A DNA stretch of 64,000 bases from an uncultured Chloroflexia bacterium (GCA_963783445.1 CAWANP010000015.1:216666-280665); one strand, 5' to 3'; positions 40,858 to 52,440 are shown, numbered from the stretch's first letter. Made by a program: numbers and translations. Notes: generated by a model from the sequence alone, not told the origin.

Positions 40858-42001
40858 CTAGTCAATTTGGAGGTCAATCAGGATTGGCCCTGAGGACGCA
40901 TGCGCCCGGGCAAGGGCTGATTCAGCCTCTTGTCGGTTTCTGGCCTGCAGTCCAGGAATACCGTAGGCTCTCGCCAACCTGACAAGGTCTGGTCCCATCA
41001 GCCCATTGTCGGGGAACCCCTTCCTGGTAGATGGAGCGGTTGCCGAGGATTCGGCAGCCGTGTGGCCTCCATTCACAACCACGATCCGGATGGCAAGGTC
41101 TTCCTGGACGACAGTTGCCAGCTCCTGCAAAGTGGCCTGAAAACCATCGTTGCCAGCCAGGACCCACACCTGCTCCTGGGCCAGGGCCATCTGGGCACCG
41201 ATGGCGGCCGGAAGCGCAAAGCCTCTTGTCGCCAGGTTCCCCGGGCCGAGCAGGCATCGTGGACCGCGAGTCTCAAGATCGAGTATGTCGCCCATAGGAT
41301 CGGCCACCAAGACAATTTCTCCCCGCGTGGCGTCGCAGATCTGTTGTGCTACAGCCCCAAGCATGCCATCGCCGCTCTCCACCTGTGCAGCAGGCGGCCT
41401 CGCCCATCGATCTCCTGCCCTCTCTGTCGGGTGAGCAAGATTGCTCCACAGGATCGTATTCCGAGAAACGGGTCTGTTCGGGATCAGCGGACTCACACTC
41501 GTCTTTCTGTACGTCATTGGCAACCACAACCAGTACGGGGCCTGGCCGGCCGGTCCGAGCGATGTGGAATGCCTCTTTCATGACCTGAGGGATCTCTTGC
41601 GCGGCCGCTACAAGGTAGTTGTGCTTGGTAACGGGTTCGGTGAGCGACACGATATCGACTTCCTGAAAGGCATCGGTGCCCAGCACTCTTAGGGGGGACT
41701 GGCCGCACAGCGCCACGATGGGGGCACCGGCCACATAGGCAGTTGCCAAACCGGTGGCAAGGTTCGTCGCCCCGGGGCCAGAGGTCGTCAGGCAGACGCC
41801 AACGCTTCCTGTCGCCCGGGCATAGCCGTCGGCCGCGTGGACCGCTCCCTGTTCGTGGCGCATCAGCACGTGATGGATGGGATAGTCCGCCAGCGAGTGA
41901 TACAGTGGGATGACCGAACCACCAGGGATGCCAAAGACTGTGGCAACTCTTTCGTGGAGGAGGCTCTCGCACACGAGTTGAGCCCCGGTTCTTCTCTGCA
42001 A
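40858..42001 (-). CDS. Short thiamine-diphosphate enzyme (Pyr + PP domains only; sulfopyruvate/phosphonopyruvate decarboxylase-like), with one frameshift
   Basis: N-terminal TPP Pyr domain ([11 protein letters not shown]...HEQGA...GPGATN). The C-terminal PP domain has GNDGFQ...VVNGG. The middle domain is absent. Confidence 0.6.
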
Positions 42002-42016
42002 AGTTGTTCCTGTTCC

Positions 42017-42805
42017 TTATTTGCCCAACACCATGCCCGTGGGGTCGATCTCCTGGAGTAGCGTGCGCTCCTCAAGAGTTGGCGGCTCTGACTCTGGCAC
42101 CTGGCCCTTGACCAGGATCTCAAACTGGCTGTTGGCCTGGACGTCGCTCAGGCTTACGCCCGGGTGCAGGGCGAGCAGCTCAAGTCTCTTGCTCTCCTCC
42201 TCAAAACCATAAACTCCCAGTTGGGTGATGACCCGGTAGGGCCCGCAGTCCGCTGGCAAGCCAGCCCGCTCCCGGCTGCCGGGCCCATCCAGATAGCCCG
42301 GCGTCGTCAGAAAGTCCAGATCGTTGACAAAGGTCCGCGTGCTCTGATTGCGCATGACGTAAATGGTCCGCCAGCAGAAGGAGCCCAGATCGTTCGCCCC
42401 TCCGGAACCTGGCAATCGCACCTTGGGCCGGTCCCAATCGCCGATGACGGTGGTATTGATGTTGCCATAGGCGTCCATGGCCGCGGCGCCCAGAAAGCCA
42501 TAATCAATAAAGCCTGCCTGCGCAGCCGACATGATGTCGTGCATCGTCGTGGCCACCAATGCCCTGTGAAAGGTGCGCGAATCCCCTACCGAAACAGGCA
42601 GCGATGGCAATTGGGGACCCATACCGCCTGCCTCAAAGACCATCATGATGTTGGGCGCATGGAGGCGTTGGGCAAGCATGGTGGCGGTCATGGGCAACCC
42701 TGTGCCGACAAAGACGGCCCGATTATCCTCCAGCATTCGGGCGGCCACACAGCACAGCAGTTCTGCAAGGGTATAGCCTCCACCTGACCCGTTGTTTCGT
42801 ACCAT
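42017..42805 (-). CDS. CoA-transferase family I, subunit B
   Basis: 262 aa matching 3-oxoacid/glutaconate CoA-transferase beta subunits (ESGxG-type region MMVFEAGG). Confidence 0.8.
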   Translation of the reverse strand: MVRNNGSGGGYTLAELLCCVAARMLEDNRAVFVGTGLPMTATMLAQRLHAPNIMMVFEAGGMGPQLPSLPVSVGDSRTFHRALVATTMHDIMSAAQAGFIDYGFLGAAAMDAYGNINTTVIGDWDRPKVRLPGSGGANDLGSFCWRTIYVMRNQSTRTFVNDLDFLTTPGYLDGPGSRERAGLPADCGPYRVITQLGVYGFEEESKRLELLALHPGVSLSDVQANSQFEILVKGQVPESEPPTLEERTLLQEIDPTGMVLGK

Positions 42806-42821
42806 TGTCTGTTTCCTCCCC

Positions 42822-43829
42822 CTACAGTTTTCCCTTGCCGCCTTTTTCGATGGCTGCCAGTTCCTCCAGCCGCTTCATACCGCCCACAAGATCCAGATAG
42901 CCCCCAAAGTCGGCCACGCCGTGCACGTACCTGTCCATGTACTCCTGGGCGCCCTCCGGGGTCTTGCTCAGGCTCAACCATTCGCCGATGTGCGCTTCGT
43001 CAAAGAAATAGCGGTAGGGCATCTGGCCTGGATGGCCGCCAAAGGGTACCTCGCACACGGCGTCTACCACGTAAAAGGGTACCACGGTTCGGTCTGGCTG
43101 GCGCCGGATCTCTTCCTCGTCAATGATCTCCTCGGCGGTGATGACGACGCGCCGCCCGGCCCGGGCCAGCTCCACATCTTCCATGGGGATACCGTCGATC
43201 TGGGCGTTGCCGAATCGGTCGCATCGCGGGACGTGCAAAAGGGCCACGTCAGGGTAAGCGGCCGGGATCAGAGTCACTGGTTTCTCGCTCCAGGGATCCT
43301 GGATCACGATGGCCGAGCTTTTCTCAAAGGTGTCGGTGCCGGCCAGACTGCGGACAGGGATGAAGGGGATGCCCATCATCCCTGCCAGGAAGCGCCACTG
43401 ATAGGTACCGTTGGACAGTTCCCCGATCACGCGTACGGTGCCGTTTTCTACCGCGCGCCGGCCCGAGGGCGAGAGCCCGCGCAACTCGTGTCCAAAGGCG
43501 TAGGCGCACTCAACTCTGCTGACGCAGCCGGCTCCGATCAGCACGTCAATGTCGTGTACCCCCGTCTTGCCCGCCACGGCCAGGTCCCGGCGGCCCTGGC
43601 GGATGATCTCATAGATCACGGCCATGGGAACGCGAACGTGGCCAAAGCCGCCGATGGCCACAAAGTCGCCATCGTGAACAAAGCGCTCGACGGCCTCGCG
43701 TACTGTCATCCGCTTGTCGACAAGCCCCCTGGGCTTGTGGTCGCGTACCCAGGCCCGGTGCTCATCGGGGTCGTGCCATCCTATCAGTTCCCCCTGGCCT
43801 TGCTTCAGGATCCTGATGTTGTCTGTCAT
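42822..43829 (-). CDS. CoA-transferase family I, subunit A
   Basis: 336 aa from the MTDNIRIL start; alpha-subunit fold. Confidence 0.8.
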   Translation of the reverse strand: MTDNIRILKQGQGELIGWHDPDEHRAWVRDHKPRGLVDKRMTVREAVERFVHDGDFVAIGGFGHVRVPMAVIYEIIRQGRRDLAVAGKTGVHDIDVLIGAGCVSRVECAYAFGHELRGLSPSGRRAVENGTVRVIGELSNGTYQWRFLAGMMGIPFIPVRSLAGTDTFEKSSAIVIQDPWSEKPVTLIPAAYPDVALLHVPRCDRFGNAQIDGIPMEDVELARAGRRVVITAEEIIDEEEIRRQPDRTVVPFYVVDAVCEVPFGGHPGQMPYRYFFDEAHIGEWLSLSKTPEGAQEYMDRYVHGVADFGGYLDLVGGMKRLEELAAIEKGGKGKL

Positions 43830-43919
43830 GGATGTGCCTCTTTCTCCCTCTTGCTCAAAGTAAGTGACTCTCTTCTCCCTGGCGAACCTTGCGGTGAGAC
43901 CCTGGTACAACCGCTGCGA

Positions 43920-44900
43920 TCAGTACTGGCTGGGCGACGGTGACAGATCCAGCATCTCGCGGGCCTGTGCTGCTGTAGCGATCTCCCTGTTCAGATCTTG
44001 TGCAATGCGCACCACCCGCTCTACAGCCTCGACGTTGCTTTCCAGGAGCCGGCCTCGTTTGTAGTATACATTGTCCTCCATACCCACACGTACCATCTGC
44101 GCCCCCAAGATCATGGCCAGGCTGGTCATGGGCAGTTGGAAGGGACCAACGCCTGATACCTCGACGACACACTGGGATGGCAGTTGTTCAAAAAAGTTGA
44201 TGAGGTTGCCTGGCGTTGCCCAGGGCGACATGCCGTAGCCCATGACAAACTGGATCAGATAGGGTGGCTCAACCAGCCCTTGCTCCATCAAGTCAAATAC
44301 GCTCCACAGTTGCCCAGGGTGGTAGACCTCCATCTCGGGCTTGATGTTTCGTTCTCGCATGGCTTGGGCAAATCGCTGCAGTTCCTTGTGGGTGATGGGT
44401 AGGGTTCCGCTCACCTCCTGGGCGGGTCGCGGGTGAGGCAGGGGTGCCTTTCGCTCCTTGAGCCTGAGTTTGTACATATCCGGCCCCATATTCAGTGTGG
44501 CAACCTCTGGCGCTGCATCCAGGCAGGCCACCCGGTCCTCGACGGACATGCCGAAGGAACCGCCGGTGCTATTGTTGATGATGATCTCGGGGCAGGCTTC
44601 GCGGATCAGGGCATGGACCTTGCGGTACTGCGCCACGTCGCCCGAACCGTCCCACCACTTTTCGGGGTCGCGCACGTGCAGATGCACCATTGAGGCGCCA
44701 GCTTGGTAGCAGGCGAGGGTCTGCTCCACCTGCTCCTCCGGTGTTTCGGGCAGGTTGGGGTTTGCTTCCTTGCCCTGCACGCCGCCGGTGATGGCGACAG
44801 TGATGGCCAGGGGGGGAAAGCTGGACTTTCGCACTCGCTCGAGCCATTCGTAGGGGTTGTGATAGTCCCAGACATGATTCTGCATCGTTGCATGCTCCAA
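43920..44900 (-). CDS. BKACE-family (3-keto-5-aminohexanoate cleavage enzyme-like, DUF849) beta-keto acid cleavage enzyme
   Basis: TIM-barrel BKACE signatures ITVAITGG, HLHVRD and EVSGVGPFQ. Confidence 0.8.
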   Translation of the reverse strand: MEHATMQNHVWDYHNPYEWLERVRKSSFPPLAITVAITGGVQGKEANPNLPETPEEQVEQTLACYQAGASMVHLHVRDPEKWWDGSGDVAQYRKVHALIREACPEIIINNSTGGSFGMSVEDRVACLDAAPEVATLNMGPDMYKLRLKERKAPLPHPRPAQEVSGTLPITHKELQRFAQAMRERNIKPEMEVYHPGQLWSVFDLMEQGLVEPPYLIQFVMGYGMSPWATPGNLINFFEQLPSQCVVEVSGVGPFQLPMTSLAMILGAQMVRVGMEDNVYYKRGRLLESNVEAVERVVRIAQDLNREIATAAQAREMLDLSPSPSQY

Positions 44901-45093
44901 TGCCTTCAGTTTTGCTCTGGTAGAGGTCCTCAGGATCCGGGGCGCAGACTGCCCACGGTAGTATAACGGCAGAGACCCATCTGGTCAAGACGGCCGCATC
45001 ATAGATTCGGTGCGCTCGGCAACTGGCTGTCGCGATCTACAGATCCGCGGTTGGGGCACCGTTCCCACAGAAGGCCCCACTGACCTGCCGCCA

Positions 45094-46287
45094 TCAGGCG
45101 CGACCAAAATCCAGGTACCGGACGCCATTCAGCCGGTACCACCACTTGGTCCAGCGGCCCTCGCGACCTACGCAGCGAAAGTAGGGCGGATCAAAAGCGC
45201 GTACCAGATCTCCGATCCGGTAGCGGGGCAGGACCGGGGTGGACACGATCAGGCTGCCATACTCGCCCGGCCGCATCTCGTGCAGCATCTTGACCGTCCC
45301 TGATTCGAGAAGAACCTCAAAGACATACAGGTCATAGTTGGGCACCAGAAGCTGGCGGTCGTCGAGCTGCTGGGCAAAGGCGCCCTCGGTGGCGATGTAC
45401 ATCTCGATCACGTCCACGGGGCCGTACAGGGCGCGCAAGGCCGGTTTGTATTGGGTATGGATTCCGGGCACGCTGGTGGCAGCAATGGCGCGCATGGACC
45501 AAAGATTCTTGGGCAGTACGCGGTGGTGGCGCTGGAGGTAGTGTCCGAACTCGAGGATAGAGGGGCAGACCCCGGCGCACATGGTGATGGACGCTTCCTT
45601 GGTGCGCTGGTAGACCCACTCGAAGCGACGCTGCCAGGCGCTGGGCGTGTTTCCCCCGCCCAGGGCATCGATCTCTTCCTGGGGCGGAAGGATCTCGACG
45701 GGGGTGGCCTCGGCCGCGTGCCGGACATAGATGCCGGAACTGAATCCGTAGGGTGTTTCCTGCCCAGCCACCTCCATGATTCCTACTACGGAAGGGTAGT
45801 TGAGGTTGAGACTGCAGCCCTCGATGGCATCAAGCTGGTCGGTCCGCAGTAGGTGGTTGAGCAGGCCGCGGGCGGCGGCCACGCGGATGCCCAGATCGGT
45901 CTCGGTGATGGGAATACGCTTGGGTATGCCCCGGGTGGTACCCCGGGTCATGGCCCAGGCGACCGGCGGTTCTGGCAGCAGGGCCTCAACCTGGCCGGCA
46001 ATGACCTTGTCGATCCAGGGTTTGACCTCATCATAGGTGACGATGGGGAAGGTGCTGCGGTAGGCCTCAAAGAGGCGGGGTGGATCGCCGGCCAGGTCCG
46101 GAAGTATGGACGCGCCGTACTGCTGGCCGTAGGTTGTCTTGGCATAACCTTCGAGCAGCCACGCCAGCGTCTGTGCCTGGGCCAGAGCCGGATTCTGCAG
46201 CCCCTTGTGCCACAGTTCAACAAAGAGCTGGATGAACTCGCGATACTGCTCCATTCTCCATGCGCTCCAGGTGGGGTCGATTCGCAC
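45094..46287 (-). CDS. GH3-family acyl-acid amido synthetase homolog lacking the C-terminal domain (truncated)
   Basis: GH3 N-terminal motifs (YGQQYG...FPIVTYDEV...TRGTTRGIPKRIP); it ends where the GH3 C-terminal domain normally begins. Confidence 0.55.
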   Translation of the reverse strand: MRIDPTWSAWRMEQYREFIQLFVELWHKGLQNPALAQAQTLAWLLEGYAKTTYGQQYGASILPDLAGDPPRLFEAYRSTFPIVTYDEVKPWIDKVIAGQVEALLPEPPVAWAMTRGTTRGIPKRIPITETDLGIRVAAARGLLNHLLRTDQLDAIEGCSLNLNYPSVVGIMEVAGQETPYGFSSGIYVRHAAEATPVEILPPQEEIDALGGGNTPSAWQRRFEWVYQRTKEASITMCAGVCPSILEFGHYLQRHHRVLPKNLWSMRAIAATSVPGIHTQYKPALRALYGPVDVIEMYIATEGAFAQQLDDRQLLVPNYDLYVFEVLLESGTVKMLHEMRPGEYGSLIVSTPVLPRYRIGDLVRAFDPPYFRCVGREGRWTKWWYRLNGVRYLDFGRA

Positions 46288-46559
46288 CGTGTACAGATTC
46301 TACCACATCGAGCTGGCGAGGGCAAGGTCATCGTTGAGCGCAAACCGCTGTTGGGCATGAGGGTTAGGGGTGCCAGCTCCCCAAGACCTCGGAGGCAACG
46401 AACCTGCAGTTCGTCCGAACCCTCCGAGGTCTGTCTGCAGGGTACAGACCTGTGGCGTCGCTGTCACGATAAGTGGAGGCTTGACGCCGGATCTGACCTA
46501 TGGTAGGATGCATCTAGCCACTTGCTCATCGTAGCCGATCCAAAATCTGGAGGTCCACA

Positions 46560-48232
46560 GTGTTGGGAATTGACACTTTTCTGGAAATTCTCGCCGCTTC
46601 TGGCGTACAGTACATTTTTGGTAATCCGGGCTCGACCGAACTGCCCCTCAGCGATGCCCTGGCCAGGGACTCGCGCTTTCAATACATTTTTGGCTTGCAC
46701 GAAGGGCCCCTCACTGCCATGGGCGACGGCTATGCCATGGCTTCGGGCAAACCGGGTGTGGTCTGCGTACACATTTCCTGCGGAGTGGGCAACGCCATGG
46801 GCATGCTCTACAATGCCTACAGCGCCGGTTCGCCGCTCCTGCTCGTCGCCGGCCAGCAGGACCGGCGCCTGCGTTTGGGAGAGCCGGTACTGGCCGGTGA
46901 GACCGTTGAGCGTGACGCGTCCCTGGACCAAGTGGTCGTACGAGGTGCAGCGCGTTGAGGATGTGCCGCTGGCCGTACGCCGGGCCGTACAGACGGCACT
47001 CACGCCGCCAACGGGCCCGGTCTTTCTGTCGCTGCCGGTAGATGTCCAGCTTGAGCCGCGCGCAAGGGCTTGACCTGAGCCCGCCGTACATACCCGACCG
47101 GCGGGTCCGACCGCCGTCGGATGCCCTGCGCCAGGCCGCAGAGATGCTGGCCCAGGCCCGCAACCCGGCCATCCTGGCCGGCAGCCGGGTGACGGAGGCG
47201 GGCGCTGTGCCCGAACTGGTCGCGCTGGCCGAGCAGCTCGGCGCGCCTGTGCTGGCCGAACAGCAGACTTCCCACGCGCGGCTGCCCATGCCGGCTGACC
47301 ATCCGCTCTATGCGGGCGGCCTGCCCCTATGGGGGCCGGAGGTGCACGAGACGCCTGGCGGAATTCGACATAATCCTGGTGGTTGGCATGGATCTGCTGC
47401 GCCTCTACATTCACCAGGAGCCGCCACGGCCCATGCCGGAACAGGTGCGCCTGATCCACCTGGACGCGGACCCCTGGCAGATCGGCAAGAACTATCCGGT
47501 AGAAGTGGGCCTGGTGGGCGACCCGAAGGCCGGCCTGGCGGAGCTGGCTCAGCACCTGGCAGAGCTTCTGTCAGCGGAGCAGATCCAGGCGGCTGCCGAG
47601 CGCCGTGGAGCGCACGCCGTCCGGCGCAGGGCCGAGCAAGAGGCACTGCTGGTCCGAGATCGACAGCCAGTGGGACCTGCGGCCCATGACGCCCTACGCC
47701 TTTATGGGCGCGCTGTGCCGCGTCCTGCCGCCGGATGCCGCCGTGGTGGAGGAAGCCGTTACCACGCACCAGTACCTGCTGGAGAGGCTGGGCGTGCTGA
47801 AGGATCCCAGCGGCTACATCGGCCATCGCGGCTGGGCCCTGGGCTGGGGGCTGGGTTGCGCCATGGGCGTCAAGCTGGCCTGGCCCGACCGGCCGGCCGT
47901 GGCCCTGTCCGGTGACGGGGCGGCGCATGTATGGCATTCAGGCCCTCTGGACGGCGGCCCATCACCGCATCCCGGTGCTCTTTGTGATTGCCAACAACGC
48001 CCAGTACAAGATCCTGAAGGTCAGCGGCGACGTGATGCAGTTGCCCCAGATGGTCCAAAAGAACTACCTGGCCATGGACCTGGTCGGACCGGAGATCGAT
48101 TTCGTGGGTCTGGCCCGCTCCCTGGGTGTCCGGGCACTGCGGGTGACTGGTCCGGATGAGCTGAGCGACTGTGTAGGGGATGCACTGGCGGGCAGCGAAC
48201 CGGTTCTATTGGACGTAGTGGTCGATCGCTAA
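46560..48232 (+). pseudogene. Thiamine-diphosphate enzyme (benzoylformate decarboxylase / acetolactate synthase-like), with at least five frameshifts
   Basis: The Pyr domain (GNPGSTELPL...HEGPLTAMGDGYA), a central domain and the PP domain (GWALGWGLGCAMG...SGDGAA...NNAQY) are spread over six ORFs in different frames. Confidence 0.65.
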
Positions 48233-48376
48233 GCCTGTACTTCCACATCGGTCCTTCGTAGTGTGCAAGGTACCGGGCGCAGGCGCCAGGCTGGACAGAC
48301 TCATTTGCGCGGACCAAGCGCGGCAGGATTGGCGATATGACCTCTACCTTCGCCAATTCTGGCAAGGGAGCGATGC

Positions 48377-50435
48377 ATGGAAGACTGGTTGCTAGCCATC
48401 GCGAGGAGGTTCGGGCTTGACCCTGAGACCTCGAGCCCACTCGATCAGGCGGCTGCCGCTTGGGGTTTCTTTGGTGTTCTCTACTCGGTACCGCTGGCGC
48501 TCGCAGGCCTCGTGTGGCTCGCTGCCGCTACGGATGTGCGCCTGATCCGTGCCGAATGGCCGACACTATTGCTCCTCTGCGCGTTCCTCTTTCTCTTCAA
48601 GAGGTTCAGGTTCTTCTTTTTCATCGAGTCGCCTGGCAGACAGCAGACCAGATTTGATAGCACATTCGAGCCCATTGTCTACTGGTCGGCAGCCCTGATA
48701 TTCGGCCCCACCGCCCTGTGGCTGCCCGTGCTTCTGGACACGCTAGACTACGCCCACAGGGTGCGCCAGGAGCCCAGGATCTTTGGACGCTGGGATATCT
48801 CTCGCAACCTGCTACACAACCTGGTCAGCATAACGCTCGCCAGCCTGATCGCGCTGGCCCTCTACGAGTACTGGGGTGGTGAGTTCCCTTTCCCGGGCCT
48901 GACAGTGACGGCCGTCCTGCCTGCTGTCCTGGCGACGCTCGTTCACATGTGCCTGCAGATACTACTCTATGCGCCCCTGCTGTTCTACATCGCAGCGGGC
49001 TGGTCACCGGCGTTTCGCCAGGATCCGGGTTGGCTGAGTACGCTTACCTGGGGTCTGGGCATCACCCTGGGGGCCGTCGGCCTGATCGAACTCTTTGCCA
49101 TTCTGGCGGCGGGTCTGTACACCGACAATGGTCTCGGTGTCTATTTCGCCTTTCTCATTGGCCTGCTACTGGTGAGCTGGCTAGCCTTTAGGCTGAGCAC
49201 GTACTTGGAGCGCAGTCAGCAACGGTCGCGCGAGCTGGAGAGATTGGAGGAGCTGGGGCGTGCCATCCTGAGAGCGCCGCCAGACGCCTCCACGCTGCCT
49301 GACCTGCTGGACGAGCACGCCGGCAGCATGTTCCTGCGAAGCCAGATCGAGATTCACCTCTATCCCAACCGGACGCTGTTGCACAGCCCTGACAACTGGC
49401 CGCCGGTCAGTGGTCCAACCTGGAAGTGGCTGCGAGCAAACCCCGAGGCGCGCTTCTATCTGCCTGAGACCAGCCTTCCCTGGGATGAACAAGTGGATCA
49501 CACCGTCGGGATGGCCCTGGCCCCGATCTTTGAAGCCGAAAGTGGGGGGGATGCTCCATCGCTGCCCATGGGTGGCATCTATTTGCGGCGAGATCACGAT
49601 CCTCTCGATGTGGCCAGCCTTCTGCCAGCCCTGCAGTCGCTGGCTGCCCAGATCGCATCCGCGTTACACAGGGCCAAAGTGTTCCGGATCGAGCAGGAAC
49701 TGGCTGTCGCCGGCCGGATCCAGGCCAGTTTCCTACCGGAAAGCTTGCCCCAGATCCCTGGCTGGCAGTTGGCAGCGGCGTTGGTACCCGCTCGGGAGAC
49801 CTCGGGCGATTTCTACGACGTCATCCCGCTGCCGGATGGCTCCTGGGGCCTACTGGTGGCCGACGTGGCCGACAAGGGCACCGGGGCTGCGCTGTATATG
49901 GCCCTGAGCCGGACGCTCGATCCGCACCTTTGCCGTAGAATACCCCCAGCAGCCGGATCTCGCCTTGGGAGCCGCCAACCGGCGCATCCTGGCCGATGCC
50001 AGCGCCGATCTCTTTGTCACGGTCTTTTACGGCGTACTGAATCCGGACTCAGGCACGCTGACCTACTGCAATGCAGGCCACAATCCACCCTTCCTCCTGG
50101 AGAATGAGGCTGGCGACCGGCCCCAGGCTCTGACCGGTACGGGGCTGCCGTTGGGGGTCCTGGAGGACGAGATCTGGGAGCCACGCTCCGTCCGGCTCGA
50201 CGAAGGGAGCGCCCTGGTGCTGTACACGGATGGAGTAACGGAGGCGCGGAATGCCCAGGACGAGCTGTTTGGCAAGGAGCGGTTGCTCGAGGTCCTGAGA
50301 GCAAGCCAGGGGACGACTGCACAGGGGATCCAGGAGGCTGTACTTGGGGCAGTGCATGAATTCGCAGCGGATTCTCCCCATTCACAGTACGATGACATCA
50401 CGCTTATGGTCCTGGTGCGGGGTGGGCCGCGATAG
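48377..50435 (+). CDS. Polytopic membrane sensor fused to a PP2C (SpoIIE) phosphatase; frameshift near 49950
   Basis: About 8 TM helices, then PP2C motifs ([29 protein letters not shown]). Confidence 0.75.
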
Positions 50436-50603
50436 GACCGATGCTTGTCCGCCGCGGACCTGTGCTTCTTGACAACCCAATCAGGCTGTCAGAGTTCATC
50501 AGTCCGCGCGCAGCCTGCGAGAAAGGACGTTGGGCCATAGTCCGAGCGTCCAGTTGTAGCAAACTCATGATGGCCCCCGAGAGGGGCAAGGAGGTCCGAC
50601 AGC

Positions 50604-51317
50604 ATGCAAACAAGAACGTTGATCCAAGCGGTCGTCCTGGGTACTTTTCTGGTTCTCGCTGGTGTTCTGTTGCTGCTGCAGACCTTTGTCGACCTCAGCG
50701 CCTGGCTCTGGTTTGCCCTGATGGCTGCTGGGGGGCTGGTTGCTCTGGTTCTGTACCTTGCAGACCGCTCCAACCTGGCTATGCTCATCATGGCCTACGT
50801 ACTGTTGGCCCTTGCCGGGTTGGTGGCCCTGATCATGCTCAACGTCCTGCGCGATGAGGGCGTGGCTGTCTATGTCCTTGCAGCCGTAGCTCTGCCCTTT
50901 TGGGCGGTCTATGGTCGCGACCGACAGAAGTGGTGGGCGCTCATTCCAGCCTACGTCTTGCTGGCCGTGGCCCTGATGATTGGCCTAATGGGACTGGGCA
51001 TCCTGGGCGAGCGCCTGGTGCCGGCCTATGTCATGTTCGCCATCGCTATTCCTTTCTATGTGGTGTACGCCTGGAATCGTGGCCTGTGGTGGGTATTGAT
51101 TCCAGCCGGGGTGATGACGGCCATCGGACTGTTTTTCCTGGTGGCTGAGGAGGCTCTCCAGTGGCTTGTACCGGTCCTTCTGATACTAGTGGGCATCTGG
51201 ATCTTGGCCCGGTTGCTTTCGAGGCGACGCTCTGACAGGATCGAAAGGACGGAAGCACGGACGCCGGAGCGAGGTGACCCGGAGTGGGATCAACCCCGCA
51301 AATGGAAAGAAGACTAG
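50604..51317 (+). CDS. Membrane protein with internal ~40-aa hydrophobic repeats
   Basis: Repeats VYVLAAVALPFWAVYGRDRQKWWALIPAYVLLAV and AYVMFAIAIPFYVVYAWNRGLWWVLIPAGVMTAI. Confidence 0.55.
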   Translation: MQTRTLIQAVVLGTFLVLAGVLLLLQTFVDLSAWLWFALMAAGGLVALVLYLADRSNLAMLIMAYVLLALAGLVALIMLNVLRDEGVAVYVLAAVALPFWAVYGRDRQKWWALIPAYVLLAVALMIGLMGLGILGERLVPAYVMFAIAIPFYVVYAWNRGLWWVLIPAGVMTAIGLFFLVAEEALQWLVPVLLILVGIWILARLLSRRRSDRIERTEARTPERGDPEWDQPRKWKED

Positions 51318-51392
51318 GGGACGCCCGCCGGCCCGCAGCAGCCTGGTTCTGCGCAGTCCATGGCACAACCCTCATTTCAGAGAAATGAAAAG

Positions 51393-51432
51393 GCCGAAAG
51401 CAGACCGGGCACAATGACCGGTTGCTTTCGGC
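51393..51432. terminator. Strong GC hairpin between convergent genes (candidate bidirectional terminator), preceded by a small catttc-agag-gaaatg hairpin
   Basis: gccgaaagcagaccgg pairs with ccggttgctttcggc. There is no clear U-tract. Confidence 0.3.
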
Positions 51433-51572
51433 AGCTCTAGCTCTACAGCTATGTCATCCGCCGCTACAGTGGGACTGCGACGCGACTTGTCACACGCTCT
51501 CTAGTCTTCACCAATCCCGAGGCTTGCCCCCGAGCCTGTCCGCAACATGCACTACGATTCACGCACGACGCT

Positions 51573-52160
51573 TCAAGGCTCCCAATGCTGCCGCCGAATC
51601 ACGGGCAAGAATATCTCCCACCTGCACGGTGGCAAGGCCACCACCGGCCCGTAGAACGTGCTGGTCTCATCGACGTCCATGGCTTCCACCCAATACACGT
51701 AGACTTGGCGGGGGTTAACCGTCTCGTCCAGCCATTCATACTGCGCGCCCTGGGTGGCATTGCCCTTGCCGGGGATCAGCTTGGCTGTGATCCGAGTTCG
51801 GGGTCCCGTAGGCGTCTCGGCGCGGTGGAGGTAAAAACCGAGCAGGTCCACTTCGCTGGCCGTTTTCCAGCGGACGCGGACGGCCATGCCCGAGACGCTG
51901 GCAGTGAACGAGGTCAGGACGATACTGGTGGGGCCGTCGCTCTCTCCCTGCCAGAAGCTGGCAGCCTGGGCAGCGTCGCCGCCCAGCGACGTTCCGGGAA
52001 CGCACTGGCCATAGGTATCGCTCAACCCGGTGTTGCTGGCGCTGCTGTCCGGGACGTGCCAGCCGGGGTCGGTATTACCGTTGGGCTGGGCCAGGTAGAC
52101 TTGGGTGAGCGCCAGCAAGATGGCCAAGACGAGTAGCGCGGTCGCTGATCTCTTGTGCAT
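51573..52160 (-). CDS. Secreted hypothetical protein, paralog 1 of a tandem duplication
   Basis: Signal peptide MHKRSATALLVLAILLALTQVYLAQ. It shares ~65% identity with the 52664..53275 product. Confidence 0.6.
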   Translation of the reverse strand: MHKRSATALLVLAILLALTQVYLAQPNGNTDPGWHVPDSSASNTGLSDTYGQCVPGTSLGGDAAQAASFWQGESDGPTSIVLTSFTASVSGMAVRVRWKTASEVDLLGFYLHRAETPTGPRTRITAKLIPGKGNATQGAQYEWLDETVNPRQVYVYWVEAMDVDETSTFYGPVVALPPCRWEIFLPVIRRQHWEP

Positions 52161-52163
52161 GGT

Positions 52164-52440
52164 CTACATCCTCCTTGATACTGGTTGTGGAACGGGTCGA
52201 TTGGAAAACTGGTACGTAGCGCAGAGATGCCGTCTCGCGGTGGAGGGTCCCGAGAAATCCGCCGAGATCCACCCGATTCCAGCAGAATTGGCATCGCCGT
52301 ACTTCCGGGGCGTGGTGGCCCCGGGCGTGACCGCGACCACCGGCACGACGAGGACCAAGGCGATGACGAGCGGTCAGTGCCAGGCACCATCGCTTCTGTC
52401 CCATTCTGGACACGAGGGGCATCTCCTTTCGCCTCAGATT
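52164..52440 (-). pseudogene. 5' remnant of a 53373..54461-like gene left by the tandem duplication
   Basis: It encodes VLVVPVVAVTPGATTPRKY, homologous to VLVVLLVAVTPGVTAHLKEI. The upstream DNA (52380-52440) is near-identical to 54400-54450. Confidence 0.4.
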
